A stretch of 64,000 nucleotides of DNA from Marsupella aquatica (taxonomy: Eukaryota > Plantae > Marchantiophyta): positions 13,949,375-14,013,374 of the forward strand of contig OZ316897.1 in assembly GCA_973895155.1 (NCBI GenBank). Reading direction: 5' to 3'. Below the pieces are notes generated by a model that was not told the origin of the DNA, searched no databases, and saw only the letters and a program-made list of their open reading frames with translations. Shown piece after piece: positions 50,201 through 62,680 of this stretch. The stretch's first letter is position 1, and each line of letters begins with the position of its first letter. Made by a program: the position numbers and the translations under genes.

Positions 50201-51728
50201 GTGTTTTCCTACAGTATTTTCGGATCTTCACATCACCCTAAATTTAAGGATGACTTAAGGATTTTGACTACCTGGGGTCTGTGGCTCGGTGGAAACCCAC
50301 TAATGAAAGAGCTAAAACCCAGTAAATTTTAATCAAAAGTGGCAAGAGGAATTATGGACTCTCATGATAAGTGATTCGAAACTCTCAGGCTATAGGTGTG
50401 GTCTAATCAATGTTTGTTGGTCAAAGGGACATCTATGTTCCCAGAACACACACACAACGGCACACAATTGTGTGGGTGTCTGATGAGAAAGCAGAAAAAG
50501 CAAATTAGACCTGGTGAACCGTAATTGTTTTTGTGACAACGAACAACAGGTCAATTATAAACACACGGATAATTGAAGCAGTGTAATGTAAAGAATTTTC
50601 GCCAATAAAAAAAAAACCTCGCTCCACTCTAAGGAAAAAGGTACAAATTACGCTGCTGCGCCTCCCCACCCAACCCCACCCGGTTCGGCTTCCTTGGGAG
50701 CGAGACGCCGATGCCGACTGGACGTCTGGAGCCGAGCCTGGCGGCCCGGGATTGGCCAGGAGGATCCCCTTGGGATGGTCGGGGGATCGAGGCGCTCGCG
50801 GGAGCTGAGGTAAGTAGATTCCTTCATCTCGGTGCTCGCGGGCGCTGAGGAGGTGGGGTAAGCAGATTCCTTCACCTCGGCGCAAAACAATTCGTTAGTT
50901 TATGTTGGGGTAGAAGTGTACACTGTATAGTTCAGTCGCCTACCTTATGTGACCCCTAGCGTACTTCGTACTCGCGCAAGGATATTAATTAATTGTCCCC
51001 GTTGATGTTCCAAAGATTCAGGTGCCCGGAGCAAAGAGAACGGGAGTCGAAAATGTTTTTATTGACCACAATGACTCGCATGGTCCAATGCAATTAACAG
51101 GAACTATTTTAGAGATTGTTTGAACGGAAAGAGTATTGTTCAGCACTTTGGTCACACTTGGTTCAGCATATATAAAGCAATCTAGCTAATACCGGGTGCT
51201 GCTATGGAGGGAATGAGGAGGGTGAGTTTTGTACTCTTCATTTTAGCGGGTGAAGAGTACAAAACTAAGATGGATGGACCACTTTCAAACATTTGCTGAC
51301 CATAGATAGTATTATTTTGTGTGTGTAAATAGTCATACCTTTGGTGCTAAGATGTGAAGCACTACCGTAAAAACTTGGAGTTGCCGAGGTTTTAGCGGAC
51401 GTCCTACATAGGATGTAAAGTGTTACTCGATGTTTCTAGCCATAAAAGAAACAAGGCTGGAAATAACCAAGGAAGTTTGAGATTTCCTGATTTCTAAGGC
51501 ACATTGCAGCACAGTTGTGGCTGTCAAACAATGCACTTTGTGAAAAAATAATGAGCAATCCTGAACGCTGGTTTTCATCCAATGGAAGCTACTTTGAATA
51601 AATTTGTGATTCCTTGGAAACAAGCCAGAGATAACTGCTATGTTTTCTGACTGCTAGATCCATCTGCGTTAACAGGTCAAATGTTGTGCTCTGTCCAAGC
51701 ATGAACTGGGTTGGGAGGAAAAGTGGGG

Positions 51729-52013
51729 GGGGGAGTCCGTACTTCTTTTCATCCGACCCATAGCGTGCGAAGAAATTAGGGGTTTTTAATTCAACTGGGA
51801 ATAAGACTTTAAAAAAATGTTGAAGAAAAATAGGGGTGTTTTAATCCAGTTTTATGAATTATAAGAACTATAGGTGTTTTTAATACCAAATTTCAGAATA
51901 TTTCTAGAACATTCCATAAAGTTAGGTTACTTTATTTTCTTGAGATTTAGGGTGTTTATGACTTGAAAAATTTGTGCCTAACATAAGATCTCCCTTGGAG
52001 TGAGGTCTCCAAG
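51729..52013. mobile_element. Older, diverged copy of the same MITE family
   Basis: Interior collinear with 20843-21149 (ACTTCTTTTC..CC.ACCCAT, TGTTGAAGAA, TTTTAATCCA.TTT, ATTCCAT.AAGTTAGG, TTTAGGGTGTTTAT); right end AGTGAGGTCTCCAAG; TSD not recognisable. Confidence 0.7.
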
Positions 52014-52037
52014 GGGAGAAGAAAGCAAAAGCAGCTT

Positions 52038-52590
52038 GATCCATCCGAGTTATCAATCAAATGTTGTGATCCATGGGTCTTAAAAGCTTCTAGATCCATC
52101 AAAGTGATGAGATCAAATGTTGTAATCTGTCCAAGAGTCCATTTTCTTCAGGGATGTTTGCCAGTCTCAGAATCTGCCAGATCCATCCAAGTAACCTAAT
52201 CAAATGTTGTGATCCATCCAAGTCGCGAGCTCAAATGTTGCCATGCATCCAAGTCATAAAAGCTTGAATGTTGCAATCCATTGGCAGATCAACCTCCTTC
52301 TGGTCCAGGGGAAGAAGGAAACTAGAGAGACAAATTTTACTAGATCCATTTGAGTCACAACATCAAATGTTGCAATCCATGCATCAAAAGCTCCTTGATC
52401 TATCTGAGTCACAAGCTCAAATGTTGCGATCCATCTGCACATCAACCTCCTTCACTTCTGAGGCAAGGAGGGAACTGGTGCAACACAAAAGCTACTCAAT
52501 CCGTCCAAGTCACAACATCAAATGCTGCGATCCATGGGTCTCAAAGGCTACTCGATCGACTCGAGTCACAAGCTGAAATGTTGCAAACTA
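52038..52590. repeat. Degenerate array of about 9 GATCCAT..AGTCACAA..TCAAATGTTG units
   Basis: (C/G)AAATGTTG-like core recurs at ~52058, 52114, 52201, 52232, 52266, 52364, 52418, 52519 and 52576. Confidence 0.7.
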
Positions 52591-54506
52591 TCCGCGCATA
52601 AAGCCTCCTTCTCGTCCTGGGCAGGGAGAAAGGGGAGGGACAAGAAAGATGAGGGGGGGGGGGAGGGGGGGGCGATGAGCAATGATCATGAGCACCACCG
52701 TAAGGAAGACAGGTGAGGCCTGAGGGGGAGGCGCCAGTGTACAATAGTTGGAGGGGAGTGGGACCTACTTAACCTCCACCAACCCAACAACAGCCTGCAT
52801 GAAATGGGAGAAACCATTAAATTAGGCAGGAGGGGAGAGGAGGGGGGGGGGGGGGGGGCTAGTGGCTTCGAGATATGGGAATCCTGCACCGTACGAGAGC
52901 AAAGAGCCCAATAAGTTATGAATATACTGGAAGCTTTGGTCCTTGTGGTGGGATCCATGGCATCATTGGGGTGACGTCATGTCTCGGTGTGTGGGGGCAC
53001 TAAGCGTTGTACCGGACCCTGCTTTCGTTCCCCTTTCTGCACTCTGGGCCGGGCAGGGGGCCCGCGTAGGCAAGCGTTGTATGATTGTTTTTATTTTTGT
53101 CCGCGAGCCCTGGACCAACGGACGGACGGACGGACGGATCTACCTTTACGGCAGATACCGTCCCTGCCCGCGCTAAAGAGTCATCATTGATGCAACCAGC
53201 ATATATTTTTTGGGGGTTTTAAGGCTCTTCCTTTTTTTCGCCAGAGTGGCGAATGTCAGCTGCTCTGAACTACCTCGTTTTCCAGAACACATTTCGACCG
53301 TGAGATCGCCCTGGAGTTTGGGATAATCGTCGGATTCTGGCTTATGGGGTCCTAATCTCATTGGGGGTGAAATCTGGCGAATTTTAGTGATGAACAAATT
53401 AGAAAATTACAAAATAAGAGAGGAAGCAAAGGAAAAAGAAAGAGGTTTAGGGTTTTAAACCCTAAACGTCTCAAGAAGCTTCACTTACCTGATTTCCCAG
53501 ATTAAATTTTAATGTGGTGTCTACATTTTAGGATAATTGTCAGATTGTGGCTAATGGGGTGTTAATTTCAGTTGGGTGGAATTTTTCGTCCATTACTTAA
53601 AGAGACGATTAGAAGATTATCTCACCCAATTTACCTATTAAGTTCTGATCGTTAGATCTCCTTACTAGATTTTAGAACAACCTTAGATTTCGGCTATTGG
53701 GGTGTTAGTTTCAGTGGGGTGGAATTTGGGCGATTCCAGTACTTGAAAAAGAAGAAAATAAGAGCGGCAGAAAGCAGGAAGGGGGAAAAGAAAAAAAACC
53801 GACTTCGTTTTGACCAGTCACACGACTGGTCACTGGTACCCTCTGCCCTGCCCTGCCCTGCCTGCCTGCCTCGGGCTCCGACGTATGGATGCAGAAATCA
53901 TGAATGCGGTGATGAATAATGACTGGATAGAAAGCTGGAGCCTATCTAATCGGAATCGTCGATCCTTGACGTCGTGGGCAGCAGAAACATTTAATGCTGT
54001 GGAGGCTCTCCTCTCTGTAATTCTATTCTTCTCTCGGGACCAGGCTCCTCGGTGAATTGGTGATGATTCTCTCTCTGACACACTCTCTCTCTCTCTCCCT
54101 TAATGGCTGCTTCCCTACTACTCTCCCGGGACTACTCTACTCTACTCTACTCGCCTCGCTGCTGCCCCCGTTCTCTCCTTGAGTTCGTCCGTATCAGCTT
54201 ATTTTTTAAGTCCGAATTTTCGCCAAATTCCACCTCTCGCCAAATTCCAAATTACACCATTAGCCATTCTTCCATCACGTCATGGACCTCATTAGTCAGA
54301 TTCTAACTGTCCTCCTTAAATCTAAGGATATCTGAGAGTCACGATTTAATTCAGTAAAATCTGATAAAGAATATTTCTAGAATCTACTCCCTTAGACAAG
54401 CAAACATTTGCGCACACTGGCTAAAAATTGAAAAACCTTAAAAATACGCTGGTCTGTATGTCGCCCACTAGTCACTTACTCACTCTTCAGGACCAGCCTG
54501 GTCCCA

Positions 54507-55001
54507 AGAGTGTGGGTTTAGAGAGAGTTAACTTGTATGTTGTCTTCGCTAGAGTGTGTGTTTAAAGTTAGTTTAATTCATATGTCATTCACTAGTCATT
54601 CTTTGGGATGAGCCTCTTCCCGAGAGTGTGCGTTTAGAGAAAGTTAAACTTGTATGTCACTCACTAGTCATTAGGCCTGACCCGCACCTAACTCAGAGTG
54701 TGCGTTTAGAGAGAGTTAACTGGTATGGTAGTTCTTGGGACCAGCTTCTTTCCCAGAGTGTGCATTTAGAGAGAGTTAACTGTACCTAGACGAAGAATGT
54801 GAGGAGAAGAAACTGGTCCTGAAGAATGACTCATCTTTGGTGAATTGGTGATTGTTCTCTCTTTGACACCCAGCCTGCTCTCATTCTCCCTCTCTTAATG
54901 GCTATTCCTCTAGTATATCACTCATTAGTCACTTTGGGAGCAGCTTTTTCTCCGCTCATTCGTCTTCTAGGTGCAGTTAACTCTCTCTAAACGCACACTC
55001 T
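54507..55001. repeat. Five direct copies plus one inverted copy of AGAGTGTGCGTTTAGAGAGAGTTAACT
   Basis: Direct copies at 54507, 54551, 54623, 54695 and 54755; inverted copy ends at 55001. Confidence 0.8.
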
Positions 55002-55693
55002 TGGAACTTGGAAAGATGGATATGGCGAGCACTAAACCATGTGTTGCATTCCATGATATGCCCCCACCCCCTTAAAAGTGCACTTATTGATAAGTGTGCA
55101 TGATTTACATCCCTTTGTTCAGTGTGTATTGAACCCCTTTGGAGTGAGCATCCTAGTCCCTAGTATGCCTACCCTAAATTCTGTACTAGTTTTTAACTCT
55201 CCTAAGAATGGGCATGCATTGATCAGTAAATACGATTTTATGGGGTTGTGCGTATACCCATAACTGCAGATAGGCACTTATTGACGGTTAGCGCTTACAA
55301 AGTTGACACTTCAGCGACACCATGGCAGGCCTGCGTGCGCTTAGAAAAGATAAAATAAAAGGGAACAACAGGCTTTAGAAACGATACACAAAAAAAAGCG
55401 CTTACTCCCAGTAGAATAATAATAGAATGGAACAACAGAATGCCCTGATTTATGGACTATTCAGCTTTACTATGGATTACCTAGTTAAGTAGTTATCAAG
55501 CAGGATAAAAACTCCGTAAGCCGACTGTACTACTGCTGCCTCTCTGACGTCCCTGCCCGCCCGCCTCTGCAAAGCGGCCGCTCCCATTGGTGCGCTGACT
55601 CAACGACATCTCTCCGACTCCTGTAGCTCTGCCCCGGGCCCGGCCGGGCTGCCCCTCGACGACCCGCGCTGTACTCCGTCCCTGACCACGCTG

Positions 55694-55955
55694 CCATGCC
55701 ATGGCATCGCATCGCATCGCATTGCATAGCATGGCATGGCATGGGATGATGGCATGGCGGTCAGTCAGTCAGCCAGTCACTCGGGCAGCCAGCCCTGACG
55801 GGCTGGGCTGGGCTGGGCGGGCAGAGGCTGGGCTGGGCTGGGCTGGGCTGGGATGACTGACCGACTGACGGACTGCCTGGTGCAGAGGGCTGCTGACCAG
55901 TCTCCGGTGCTCCTGACTGAGTGACTGACTGAGTGACCTGACTGAGTGACTGACT
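55694..55955. repeat. Compound SSR: (GCATG/GCATC)n, (GGGCT)n, (GACT)n
   Basis: Directly visible short-unit runs. Confidence 0.8.
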
Positions 55956-58766
55956 CCAAAGTCTTATCAGGCCAGATTGAATTCACGTCCACACAAAGCC
56001 TGTTGGTGGTTATATTCCGTCCCAATGCATGATATAAATCTATCCTTCCTCTGCTGCAAGCTGCGCCGCCCAACTTGACACATCGAACTGCAATGTGATC
56101 TATTATAAGAAAAAGGAAGGGGCTCTTTGTGAGTTTGTTCGCTCGGGAGATGGATTTCAGATAAGAGTCGTTTCTGAAATGAGCAGACAGCCTGGCGACT
56201 TGCTTGGGGCGGGCGAGAGGGTGGACCACACCATCCCTCAGTTCTGTAGAAAAAAATCGGGGAGGGACCGACCATGGTGGGGGAGCCATTCCGCCCACCG
56301 AACAATTCAGCCTCCCGTTTAACTTTCGGCTGAAAGCCTGTCCTTTCGGTTTCGTTACTGTCGCTCGCCAGAACGGAATTCAATTGGGGTGAAGGTCGGT
56401 CAGGAGGTTTTTTCCCTGGAGTCCTTTGCTGTGCTTTCGTCTTTCGTCATCTCAGTTGTTGGGTGTGTGCCCACGTTCCGAATTCGCCTGTGTCTTGCGA
56501 GACTTTGGACCGCGGTCGGACGATGCTGGTAATCAGATTAATAAATTTTCGTGACGCACAGTTGTGTGGTGCGAGTCTGGCCAGCCAACGCTTGATTCCC
56601 CGACGACGATCGATATCTCAGAGGCATACGCAGTACTGATTATAGTCAGGTGAACTATGACACAATAATGCGCCGTGTGGATTTCATATATGGCAGATCT
56701 GTTCCATGGAAAGGTGCGACTGTTCGAAAGGCGAAAAACGAGTTACGGGGAAACAAGTCGAGAATGGGGTACGCGTAGTATGATTTGTGTTCGGCTCCAC
56801 GTCACACAAGTCCATCGGCAGCTCACCAGTCGTCGAGTAGAGAGCAACGATAAAGCGCATGCAGCTTACGACACTGTTGCCAGATCGAAACAGTGTGACG
56901 ACTGAGAGGATCGGCGCAATAAAAGCTAGAGTGACAGAAGAGGAACGAACAGTGGTGGTCCATGGAATCAATCAAATTGGTCGCATGAAAGCGGTTGACG
57001 TTTTCTCTTGTATTACATTTTGCTTCAAGAATCTACACAAAAGTGGGACGTTCTCCGAGAGCATTCAAGGAGAATAATTGTTGTTGTAATGGTGTCTCTC
57101 CCAGGTCGAACACTCATGAATATAAATACAGAAGGCTACCAAGGTAAGCTTACACATAGATTTCACCTCAAATCATACATACAATCGGTATCAAAGTGAG
57201 TAAGTTGCCAGATTCGTGACTAAGGCGGGCATTCTACCGTATGTCAATATCAATGGCTTTCAGTCCACGACGTAGACAAACCCTAACTAATCAGCATCAC
57301 GGGAGGAGGAGCTTGCCGATGATGAAGAAGACGACGACGAGAGGAGCTGGCCCAAGAGGTTGTTGCTTCCCTGGAACTGAAACTGCAAGAATCTGAATCA
57401 ACAAACGTCTTACAAAACATTTTTCCTCTGTTGTTGGGGTACTCGCTCTGCTATCGAAGTGCTGCAGCAAACCAAAATACCAACAAAGCCATTTCGTCAG
57501 CGCCCATGTACTGTAGTCCCTCACTCACTCAGACGAACCAACATTTTCGCCTCACATGATTTATCTAGCGCTACGTATAAATTCGCAAATAGGGAAATTC
57601 ACAGAACACAAATATCAGATATGGCACAGTGGCGTCTACGCAGGACGAGTCTACGCATGAACAGGAAGGCAATGCATTGACAGACGCTGCGAATCATGAT
57701 GTTCGAAATCGCAGCATCAACCGAGAGTACGTCCATCCCTAGCCCACCTCCAGGCAGGGCAATTAATCTCAGAACTTTAGGAGTTTGACCGGCCATGGGC
57801 GGAAGTGCAATGCCTGCCGGACACTACGACTAATGCTCTACATCGCTCCTTCCACCGCAAAGTACGTCGTCCGTAGGCTTCCTTCAGTGAGAGCAATTAT
57901 ACTCGGAACTACTACTACATGAGTTTGACCGACCACGAGCAGAATTGCAACGCCCTCTTCTGACAAAAGCCTGAGTTGCGGGGTGGGGAATCGCCGGATT
58001 GATTGAGAGAGCTAGCTTCAAAGAGGATGTCGCGTCTCGACAAAATACCTTTCCGTATCCCTATCCGTGCTGTCGTAAATGGCAATGCTGCTCCAAGGAT
58101 AGCACTCTCACGAATGGAAATACTCAATCGCAAGCGAACTCGCCATCCACCTCATTCCCCCCAGTGACGAAAGGCCTCTTCCAACCAATTCATGGGGAGA
58201 GTGTAGTTCGGCACAAATGACAAGCGTTGGGAACAACTTTGCATTCTGTGCAGCCAGCGACACCGAGCTTCCGTGCATGCAAGCCGGAAAAAGACTCTTT
58301 GCGAGCTTCTTTACGTTCCTGAGCGCACATTCTCAGAATGCTAGCCTAGATAGCCCCAGACCTGCGGCCGCAATATAGGAGGCAATAAGTTACCCAAGAG
58401 AATCTGACTGCCATCCAATCACTCCACTTGAGAGCGTGCGTCCAAGGATGAACTTGAATGAAGTCTGAGAGCCTCCATAGGAGGCTTTAAGTTCGTCCTT
58501 TAGCAACAAGCCAAAAGTAGTAGACTTCGGATGATGATTAGAAACAGCATTGTGGCAGAATGATTGTCATGTAAATCGATCCAGTGCCCCTCGAAGTATA
58601 TATATCAGACCACGGATAGGGAGAGTGACGCCTCAATGAGCTGACCTCAAAACTTGAGGTCGCCGTCCAGAAGAAACCTACGATGCCTAAAACGTGCAAT
58701 GTCTACCGTTGTGTATCATATGTCTACGACGCGAAACACAATCACCCTCTCGAGCCCCATGAAGAA

Positions 58767-58795
58767 TTAGGCCAGTGACAGTATGAACGCTGTAC
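58767..58795 (-). CDS. SHI/STY gene, putative short last exon (GTAFILSLA*)
   Basis: 69-nt GT..AG intron 58864-58796 with GACTAAT branch site; phase-compatible. Alternatively exon 2 reads through to the stop at 58830. Confidence 0.4.
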
Positions 58796-58864
58796 CTAGG
58801 GTCGCCAAATGCCCACGAGCAGCAATTAGTCACTTCCAAATCTGGATTTCAGTGAATTTCTCAC

Positions 58865-59152
58865 CTCCCAAGAGAGCGCTGCCAGGGTTTCCATACAGAT
58901 TCGACGGATCAATTAGGGCCGAGCTCGATGGCATACTTCTTCCACCGAGCTGAAGATCCGCAACATTCGTATGTTGTACACTAGTACCTCCGTTGTCCAT
59001 TCCTTGATCATAAAGAATGCCTTTAAATACATGACCTCCGATTTTTACAGTGGCTTGATAAGCAAACTCGTTCTCCCCATCCTCCGCTCCTGGCAATTGC
59101 ACACACTTGAAAAGAGCTTGCGCTCTGACCTCCCCAGGAAGGCGTCCTTTCA
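58865..59152 (-). CDS. SHI: SHI/STY (SRS) transcription factor, exon 2 with IGGH domain
   Basis: TGTGCAG| acceptor at 59153; [14 protein letters not shown]...[23 protein letters not shown]; G|GTGAG donor at 58864. Confidence 0.92.
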
Positions 59153-59940
59153 CTGCACAGCCAAGGAACGAGAGCATCGCTCACTCAGGACTCAGGCAAG
59201 ATATAGTAGAAAACATCCAATGTATTACAAGCCCTCGCACTACCAGACTTGATACAACACTTCCGTTTGGAAATGACTGAGGTCCAGGGTTGGGGTGAAC
59301 GACCAACCATCTCGACGAACTAGCAACAATTTGCAGGCACGACATGTTTGTAACTGTAATTCAATTCGGGCCATGAGGCAGATGGCAAAGATATACTGGC
59401 TTCCCAGTGGAAGTAGGAATTCGGCAATTGGCTTCGAAAACACTACAATACTAGTCAGTCAGACCTGGTCGATAACTTATTATCGACGATCAGCCTGGCG
59501 GCCCAAAATATTGGGTACCCTTTAGTACTGGCGCCCAGAAGCGAAAGACGTCAGCTTACTACGGCTGCTGTGATCTTTCTTTCGAATCTCGCCCGACACT
59601 TCCCCAGACTCTTCGAATTACACTGCATATCTGGATATTGCGCAATCACTACAGGGTGCGAGATGCAATGCGGCATTGGACATGACTTTTACGCTGTAGC
59701 CATCACTCACACCCTCAGACAACGGAGGCATCTAGCTCTAGACAGTGCCTGTGAAACACACTACGCAGCCGGGGTGAACAAATGAATTCGAAATCTCACG
59801 TGCTAGATGGAATTTGCGTGGGTTAGTAGAACTGAGCGATATCTGTTACACTAAAGAACAGCTGCTGAGAAAAGGCAATACGATTGATTATACTGTCAAC
59901 CAGGAAAAAGTCCAGGCAGGAAACTGACGAGTCTGCAAAC

Positions 59941-61156
59941 CTTGCTGCTGTCCAGAGTTGATATCAGAACCACGTGGAGAAGTCCCGGCAGAAGTGTTCG
60001 TCAGTGAAGTTGTGGGGTTTGGTGGAGCTGAAAGAGCCAGTGAGCGAGCTCGTTTGGACTTGGGTCTTGGCTGGCCAGCGGCAGCAGCTGCTGCCTCGGC
60101 CGCTTGCCTTTCTCGTCGTTTGGCAGCTGGAACCCACGTACTTTTGATGTGAGTGGGGCACTGCAACCCTCGACTCTTGCAACATGTCCGGCACCTTTGA
60201 TGAAGGCAATCTTTCTTAGCCTGATTCCCACATTCGAGGCAAGCTGTTCCCCCTTGTGCCCCAGCGCTCACTCCTCCTGCGGGTCCCGGTTGTTGAGGTT
60301 GAGGTGTCGGTTTGGCTCGATTGGGGTCGTGCAGCTGGAGAGAGTGGTCTTGGTCGTCTTTATTTTGCTCGACTCGGGAATCGCCAGGTCTCACTTCTCT
60401 GAGAGGCTGGACTTCCAGGCCCTGCATAGAAACGTCTAGTCTGCGCCTCTTGAACGCCTCGGCACCTTCTCTCAAAATGGTATTGCCCCATATTCCGCCC
60501 TCCACCGTAGTAGCTCCTTCCTCGTCCCCTTTTCTCTTGCCACTGACTGGGCCGGTGCTTCCACTACCACTCTCTTCGCGATTCGGACCCCCACCCAAAT
60601 GTCCACGCCCCTCGCCCCCTACGTAAGCTACAAAACTCGCTCCTCGTCCTTCGTCCGCACCTCTGTCGTCCCTGCGAACCCCAACCCCGTATTGGGCTCC
60701 AACTCCACCGAAGTCGTCTCCTGCTCGAGCTCCGACAATCTCCCTAAAAATGTCTTGCTGCCTCCCTAGTCCGCCAGGGATTCCAGTCCCACTTCCCTCC
60801 GCAGCACCCACATATCCGTATCCTGAGTTTCGGATCCATAGCCCATTGCCTTCCTGCGGCCTATGGGCACTACTCGCTCCGAAACCCAGCGATAGGTCTC
60901 GCTCTTTCAAGGGCCTATCGCTTAGCGGGGAGGAGACGGTCCAGTCGGGGGCCGAGTCCACCCTCCCCGCCCCCCCTGTGACCCCTCCCCCGCCTGCCAC
61001 CGCCGGCGCCACGGCTGCTTCTCTCACTTCAGAGTGCGAACTCGCAAACAACGTTTCTTGTCGAGCAATATCTTGTCGAGAAATATTGGTGTTCAGATCC
61101 CGCCTGTTAGACGATGGAGAAGTGCATTGATATCGTTCTCGCTGCGCAAAATCCAC
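59941..61156 (-). CDS. SHI: SHI/STY (SRS) transcription factor, exon 1 with RING-like zinc finger; start codon uncertain (GTG 61156 or ATG 60427)
   Basis: [46 protein letters not shown] is the SHI family signature; AAG|GTTTGC donor at 59941/59940, in phase with exon 2. Confidence 0.9.
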
Positions 61157-62292
61157 CTTCTCATGCCCCCAATTTCGACAAGCAGCTCTCTATTACTTTC
61201 CTCATCAAAGCTAAGCGTATGTAGTACTGCGTAGTCAGTGCAAAATGCCATTTACGGGTGAGAGTGGATTGACGGTGGCAACAACTCACCACATGCAGAA
61301 TCTCCAGACTTCCAATTCCCGAAAGCCTCCTCCGCTCTTCAGGTCCACTCGTCAATCATTCATGCACAACAACGACCACTGGTGAGAGAAACGTTAGCTC
61401 ATATGCTCCCGACTTCACACTTTCTTCCTGCATCGATCCACCCGACCCAGCTCAGCCCGACCAAATGAATATCATGCTATGCTACTACTACTGGACATGT
61501 AAGGAGATAACCGTTACCAATCCATACCTTTCAACGCCCACGCGCCACTAATTCAACAGACCTCCGTGAGTGAGACAGATAGGCTCGCGAATTTTAGGAG
61601 GGAACCAAGTGACTCGACAAGTTGTATGCCTCGACAGTGAGCGAATTCTCTTGTTAGGATCAGTTTGTTTCAAATTACCTTTGGACCACCCACTGATCTC
61701 TTTGCGATGCTATTCTTCTCTCCTCTCCTCTCCTCAACGCGGTGTTCCTACTAAACCATAAACCCTCCCCACGCATGCGCTCAGCTCAATTCATTCTCCA
61801 GACTGTGCAGAAACGGCAGCAGCAGCACCAACACGCAGTCAGAGAAGTCGATCACAATGGGATGAGTTGATGAATGAATGGACCAATCAATCAATCCACC
61901 CCAGAATCACACAGACACGACGCTACTAGAACCAGTCAGCGCGGATGGTCTGGCCTGGCCTGGTCTGGTCGACTGGCTTGGCTGGCCCCTTCCATCCTCT
62001 CTCTACTCGAGGGGAGGCCAGAAGCTTAGTCGATACCACACAGGAGAAAATTCCGTTTCCAATCCTTCCTTGGCTAGGGCCCTAGTAAGAAGTCAACAAT
62101 GCACGACTGACTCGGCTCCTTAAATCTACGACAGTGCGTATGTCTCTCAACAGCAGCTGAGAGCACACCATCGCGCAAGGCCTCGAGTCGAACATCCCAG
62201 CAATCTTCTCTCCCCACCTCACCCCACCCCACCATTCATTAGCCATATGCCCACACAACAAGCCCAGCTGCTGCTACTCATCAGCTGCTTTG

Positions 62293-62680
62293 CCCAGCCC
62301 AGCCCAGCCCAGCCCAGCCCAGCAGCAGCAGCAGCAGCAGTGCCCCTGCCCAGCCGAACGAACCCACCCAGCAGCCCCCGCATGCTTGCTTACCTTTTCA
62401 CGCAATAATCTTCATAAAAGATCGTAACTCCTCTCCCGAACTAGACGTCTTCTGAGATCTTATACCCTGCACGAAATACGGACACACTGGTCAGAGCGAC
62501 ACTGATGAGGCTGGCTCAGGCCTCGACGACCATTCGTGGTCCTGCAGCAATGCGGAGAAGGAAAAGTCGAGCGAGATAAATTCCCCTCGACCGGAGATGA
62601 AGAAGAGAACGAGACGAGACGAGACGAGACGAGACGGGAGGAGACGGGAGGACACGAGACGAGACGAGAGACTAGACGAG
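62293..62680. repeat. SSR cluster upstream of SHI: (GCCCA)n, (CAG)n, (GAGAC)n
   Basis: Directly visible runs at ~62293-62341 and ~62608-62680. Confidence 0.8.

Noticed and set aside
62500-62535. Hammerhead ribozyme core (CTGATGA + GAGGC/GCCTC stem); similar CTGATGA at ~50480 and ~45061
   Set aside because: The conserved GAAA after stem II and the flanking stems are missing.
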